DNA of 64,000 nt, from the NCBI GenBank assembly GCA_963665665.1, contig OY762428.1, positions 2,464,001-2,528,000 of the forward strand. The letters are read 5' to 3'. Positions 60,313-64,000 of the stretch are shown piece after piece (the stretch's first letter is position 1; each line of letters begins with the position of its first letter). The position numbers and the translations under genes are program-made. Under the pieces are notes generated by a model. It saw only the letters and a list, made by a program, of their open reading frames with translations. It had not been told where the DNA came from and made no database searches. Source of the DNA: Candidatus Kapaibacterium sp. GTDB taxonomy: Bacteria; Bacteroidota; Ignavibacteria; Kapaibacteriales; UBA2268.

Positions 60313-61323
60313 ATGAATACACAAATGCAGATGCCAGACAGGGTTCAGATTGAAGAATCTTCTTCGGACTTTCATGGAAAATTTATTCTTCAGCCACTGG
60401 AACAGGGCTATGGAGTAACTATTGGTAATGCACTTCGCAGAGTGCTTCTTTCGTCAATACCCGGATCGGCTATTGTCGGTTTGAAAATTACTGATGTTCT
60501 ACATGAATTCCAGACTATTCAGGGCGTTATTGAAGATGTTTCCGAAATTATCTTAAACCTGAAAGAAGTCAGAATTAAAAATCTGGATAAGAAAAACCAG
60601 AGAGTTTTATTGCACCTGAAAGGTCCGAAAGAATGGACTGCAAAAGAAATTCAGGATGCAGCCGAGAGCCTGGAGATTCTGGATCCTGATCACCACATAG
60701 CAACTTTGGCCGAAGACGCTGAATTTGACGTGGAATTAAGAATTGGCAGGGGCAAGGGATATATCCCGGCCGAAGAGCAGCAAATAGTAGATTACCCGAT
60801 CGGGATGCTGCCGATAGATGCCATTTACACACCGATTAAAAATGTTATATACACCGTTGAGCCTTATCGTGTTGGGCAGAGAACCGATTACGAAAGGCTT
60901 ATCCTTGATGTAAGAACCGACGGTACTATTTCAGCTCAGGAAGCTGTTCACCATGCCGCGAAGATTTTAAACGACCATATTAAATTCTTCATAAACTTCG
61001 ATGAATTCGAAGAAGAACAGCAGCAACAGGAATTAGTGGAAGAAGAAGTAAAACTTGCAGAAAGAAAAAGGCTGCAGAAGATACTGCTTACACCTGTTGA
61101 TGAGCTTGAACTTTCCGTTCGTGCACATAACTGCCTTAAGGCAGCAAGCATCAAGAACCTTGCCGAGCTTGTTCAGCTTCAGGAATCAGAACTCCTGAAA
61201 TTCCGTAACTTCGGAAGAAAATCACTTGCTGAGCTCTCGGATGTAGTTCAAAACTTTGGCCTCGAATTCGGTATGAGCGTAGAGCAATACCTGAAGGATG
61301 ACAAGGCCGGCGGCATGGAATAA
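60313..61323 (+). CDS. rpoA: RNA polymerase alpha subunit
   Basis: PLEQGYG.TIGNALRRVLL, LELSVRA.NCL, NFGRKSL. Confidence 0.98.
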   Translation: MNTQMQMPDRVQIEESSSDFHGKFILQPLEQGYGVTIGNALRRVLLSSIPGSAIVGLKITDVLHEFQTIQGVIEDVSEIILNLKEVRIKNLDKKNQRVLLHLKGPKEWTAKEIQDAAESLEILDPDHHIATLAEDAEFDVELRIGRGKGYIPAEEQQIVDYPIGMLPIDAIYTPIKNVIYTVEPYRVGQRTDYERLILDVRTDGTISAQEAVHHAAKILNDHIKFFINFDEFEEEQQQQELVEEEVKLAERKRLQKILLTPVDELELSVRAHNCLKAASIKNLAELVQLQESELLKFRNFGRKSLAELSDVVQNFGLEFGMSVEQYLKDDKAGGME

Positions 61324-61367
61324 AAATAAAAGAGTTAACGAAAATAAAATATTTCAGGTAAAAAGAA

Positions 61368-62027
61368 ATGAGACACAGAAAAAGCGGTAGAAAGCTAAAA
61401 CGTACAAGCAGCCACAAGAAGGCTCTTATGCGCAATTTGGCCACGGCTTTATTTGAGCATAAAAAAATCGAAACTACTGAAGCCAAGGCTAAGGAACTCA
61501 GGCCCTACGCTGAAAGACTTATTACAAAAGCAAAAAAAGCTCTTGCAAGGGAACAGCAGGGACTACTTCCAGAAGGTCAGAAAATTGACATCCACAATCG
61601 CAGGATCGTTGCCAAACATATTAAAACTAAAGCCGTACTCGAAGAATTATTCGATGCTATTGCCCCCGTTGTTGAAAACAGGGCTGGCGGCTATACAAGA
61701 ATAGTTAAAACAGGTTTCCGCAGGGGAGACGCCGGCAGAACTGCAATTATTGAATTAGTTGACTGGTCGGCACCCGTTGACGGAGCCACCGGTTCGAAGA
61801 AAAAGAAATCAACTCCTAAAAAAGCTGCAAAACCTAAAGTAGAAGAGGTTGTTGAGCCTAAAGAAGAAGTTGTTGAAGAAGTAGTAGAAGAAACTCCGGT
61901 TGACGAAGTTGCTACTGAAGAAGCTCCGGCAGAAGTAGTAGAAGAAACTCCGGCAGAAGAAGCAAAAGATGAAGCTCCTGCTGAAGATAAAGCCGAGGGC
62001 GAAGAAGAAGAAAAAAAAGCTGAATAA
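61368..62027 (+). CDS. rplQ: 50S ribosomal protein L17 with long acidic C-terminal tail
   Basis: MRHRK.GRKL.R, GGYTRI.K, RRGDA. Confidence 0.97.
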   Translation: MRHRKSGRKLKRTSSHKKALMRNLATALFEHKKIETTEAKAKELRPYAERLITKAKKALAREQQGLLPEGQKIDIHNRRIVAKHIKTKAVLEELFDAIAPVVENRAGGYTRIVKTGFRRGDAGRTAIIELVDWSAPVDGATGSKKKKSTPKKAAKPKVEEVVEPKEEVVEEVVEETPVDEVATEEAPAEVVEETPAEEAKDEAPAEDKAEGEEEEKKAE

Positions 62028-62049
62028 TATTTAGCAAAAGAATAGATTT

Positions 62050-62075
62050 AAGGCGGCAGATTGCCGCCTTTTTTT
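62050..62075 (+). terminator. Alpha-operon terminator
   Basis: aaggcggca-gat-tgccgccttttttt. Confidence 0.85.
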
Positions 62076-62115
62076 ATTATTTTTGGATTAAGTATTCACT
62101 AACAGGTTTGAACTT

Positions 62116-62808
62116 ATGAATGAAAAACTGATCCTGAAAGCGGAAAAAATTTATAAATCATATAAAACCGGTGATAAACGTGATGTTCCGGTGCTGAAGG
62201 GAATTGATATAGAGATTTTCTCTGGTGATTTTAAAACTGTCATGGGGCCTTCCGGAGCAGGAAAAAGTACACTGCTACATTTACTTGGGCTGATAGATAA
62301 CCCTGACAAAGGAAAAATTTCAATTTTAAACGATAACGAATTCATAGACTATGATAACGTCAGCTCGAAGCGTGCCTCTATGATCAGAAACAGAAAGATT
62401 GGCTTTATATTTCAGTATTTCCAGCTTTTGCCTGAATTTACCGCACTGGAAAATGTGGCTATTCCGGGCATGATTAGTGGGAAATCTATTAAGGAGCTCA
62501 GGCCTGATGGAATGGAACTTCTTAATATGGTAGGAATGGCAGACCGCGCAGAACATAAACCTGCCGAACTTTCCGGAGGTGAGCAGCAAAGAGTTGCAAT
62601 CGCAAGGGCTTTGATAAACAAACCAATGATTGTATTTGCCGACGAGCCAACAGGAAGCCTTGATGCGGCAAACTCTGAGTCGGTTCTGGAATTAATTTCC
62701 ACATTAAGAAAAGATCTTAAGCTGACTTTTCTGGTAGCTACACATAATAAGGATGTTGCAGAAATAGCTGAAAATACCTTATATATCAGGGACGGGAAAT
62801 TTGATTAA
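62116..62808 (+). CDS. ABC transporter ATP-binding protein, LolD-like
   Basis: GPSGAGKST, LSGGEQQRVAIARAL, FADEPTG, ATH. Confidence 0.88.
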   Translation: MNEKLILKAEKIYKSYKTGDKRDVPVLKGIDIEIFSGDFKTVMGPSGAGKSTLLHLLGLIDNPDKGKISILNDNEFIDYDNVSSKRASMIRNRKIGFIFQYFQLLPEFTALENVAIPGMISGKSIKELRPDGMELLNMVGMADRAEHKPAELSGGEQQRVAIARALINKPMIVFADEPTGSLDAANSESVLELISTLRKDLKLTFLVATHNKDVAEIAENTLYIRDGKFD

Positions 62809-63367
62809 GTTTTGATTCCGGTAAAAATCTTTTAGGAACAGTGTATTTGATAATGATTTGAAATACGAACGCTACCAGCAGGCCGAAAATGGCTCCTGCA
62901 AGAATATCACCCGGATAGTGAACGCCACAGTATGTCCTGCTGAATGCAATCATTGCGGCAAGTATCCAGAAAATCCATTGCCTTTTGGGATAGAAAAAAG
63001 CAAGCAAGGCTGCCATAGTAAAACTGTTCGATGAATGAGAAGAGGGAAATGAAAACCCCGGCCCGCAACTTATCAGCAATCTTACATCAGCAAGTTCCCG
63101 GCAGGGCCGCAGGCGTTCGAAAATTTCTTTAAGAACAGAACTGCTTAAATAATCGTTTAGCCCGACAGCAACAATTACTGCTAAAACAGCAATTCTTCCT
63201 TTTGCACCACCCTTCCACAGGCCAAGAATGATAAAAATAATATATACGGGAACCCAGTGCTTAAAATTAGTTATAAACGGCATAATAATATCGAATACAG
63301 GATTGGCCAGTGTCTGGTTAAAAAAGTAAAATATCTGTAAATCTATATTGAGAAAAAGCTCTTGCAT
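62786..63367 (-). CDS. PAP2-family membrane phosphatase
   Basis: K....RLRP, SFPSSH, SRTYCGVHYPGD. Confidence 0.9.
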   Translation of the reverse strand: MQELFLNIDLQIFYFFNQTLANPVFDIIMPFITNFKHWVPVYIIFIILGLWKGGAKGRIAVLAVIVAVGLNDYLSSSVLKEIFERLRPCRELADVRLLISCGPGFSFPSSHSSNSFTMAALLAFFYPKRQWIFWILAAMIAFSRTYCGVHYPGDILAGAIFGLLVAFVFQIIIKYTVPKRFLPESKLNQISRP

Positions 63368-63720
63368 GTGGAAAACTATTGAATTTTGAACAAAATAAAT
63401 TGTAAGTACATGTATAGTAATGTTGATATTTAAATATTAATTATTTATTAATAATTTTCCACAAGATGTGGAAAAGAATGCAAATGATTTCGCCCTATTT
63501 TTTCGTAATTTTCGTGTTACAAAATAGCTGCATTTTAAAATATACGAGGCTGAAAAAACGTTTTATATTGACAGCATAAAATACTTTTTAGGAAGAAAAT
63601 AATAACATGAAACTGTCAAAAATACAATCGTCAGGGAAAAATACCCTCCTAATATTTCAGCAGCAAAAATATTTTCAAGATAGTAAAAAATATGTTACTA
63701 AATAAATAATTGAGGTAGAA

Positions 63721-64000
63721 ATGAAATTTACGCGGCGTTTCACCAGGGATGGCATCAGCCCTTATGATATGTTCGAATATAAGAAGAGGACCTCAGTACT
63801 CAGGAATACAGACGGCTCGGTTGTTTTCGAAATGGAAGATATTGAAGTACCCGTGCAGTGGTCACAGGTATCCACTGATATTCTCGCACAGAAATATTTT
63901 CGTAAAACAGGAGTACCACAGTTTGATGAAAATGGCGATGAACTTTTTGATGACGAAGGGAACAGGATTCTCGGAGCAGAAAATTCAATCAAACAGGTAG
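63721..64000 (+). CDS. nrdJ: Vitamin B12-dependent class II ribonucleotide reductase, 5' part (runs off the window; this frame is not in the ORF track)
   Basis: GAGG RBS, then MKFTRRFT...RNTDGSVVFEMEDIEVPVQWSQVSTDILAQKYFRKTGVP...E.SIKQV. Confidence 0.85.
   Translation, partial: MKFTRRFTRDGISPYDMFEYKKRTSVLRNTDGSVVFEMEDIEVPVQWSQVSTDILAQKYFRKTGVPQFDENGDELFDDEGNRILGAENSIKQV

Noticed and set aside
29456-62704. Numerous antisense and alternate-frame ORFs within ribosomal, rpo and EF genes
   Set aside because: Shadow ORFs of highly conserved genes with no independent motifs.
63749-64000. 83-aa + strand ORF from the track
   Set aside because: Wrong frame; the frame starting at 63721 gives a recognisable NrdJ N-terminus.

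Overview
Chromosomal window of a bacterium most consistent with the FCB group (Ignavibacteria/Kapabacteria-like). The basis is a T9SS C-terminal domain, TTTG-N19/20-TAnnTTTG promoters and AGGAG ribosome-binding sites. The right ~36 kb is the core translation super-cluster: 5 tRNAs, secE-nusG-rplKAJL-rpoBC, the str, S10, spc and alpha operons, two very different EF-G genes and no rpsD. It ends with a LolD-like ATPase, a PAP2 phosphatase and the 5' end of nrdJ. The left ~28 kb is accessory/envelope DNA: a GLUG/T9SS protein, an operon of three paralogous secreted fibre proteins plus an IPTL-CTERM partner, an NA37 protein, a methyltransferase, mannose-1-P guanylyltransferase, a membrane-anchored reductive-dehalogenase-like protein, an IS4 element, three glycosyltransferases, rplS and an orphan ftsI-like PBP. 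The most unusual feature is a ~1.5 kb, apparently non-coding composite element present twice in opposite orientation (about 396-1895 and 18715-22207). Its layout is REP hairpins, a conserved leader, a 21-bp tandem array, a centre, an inverted homologous 21-bp array, then more REP hairpins. In one copy the arrays meet at a perfect 12-bp palindrome; in the other they enclose ~540 bp of extremely AT-rich DNA. All calls come from reading the sequence; no searches were run.
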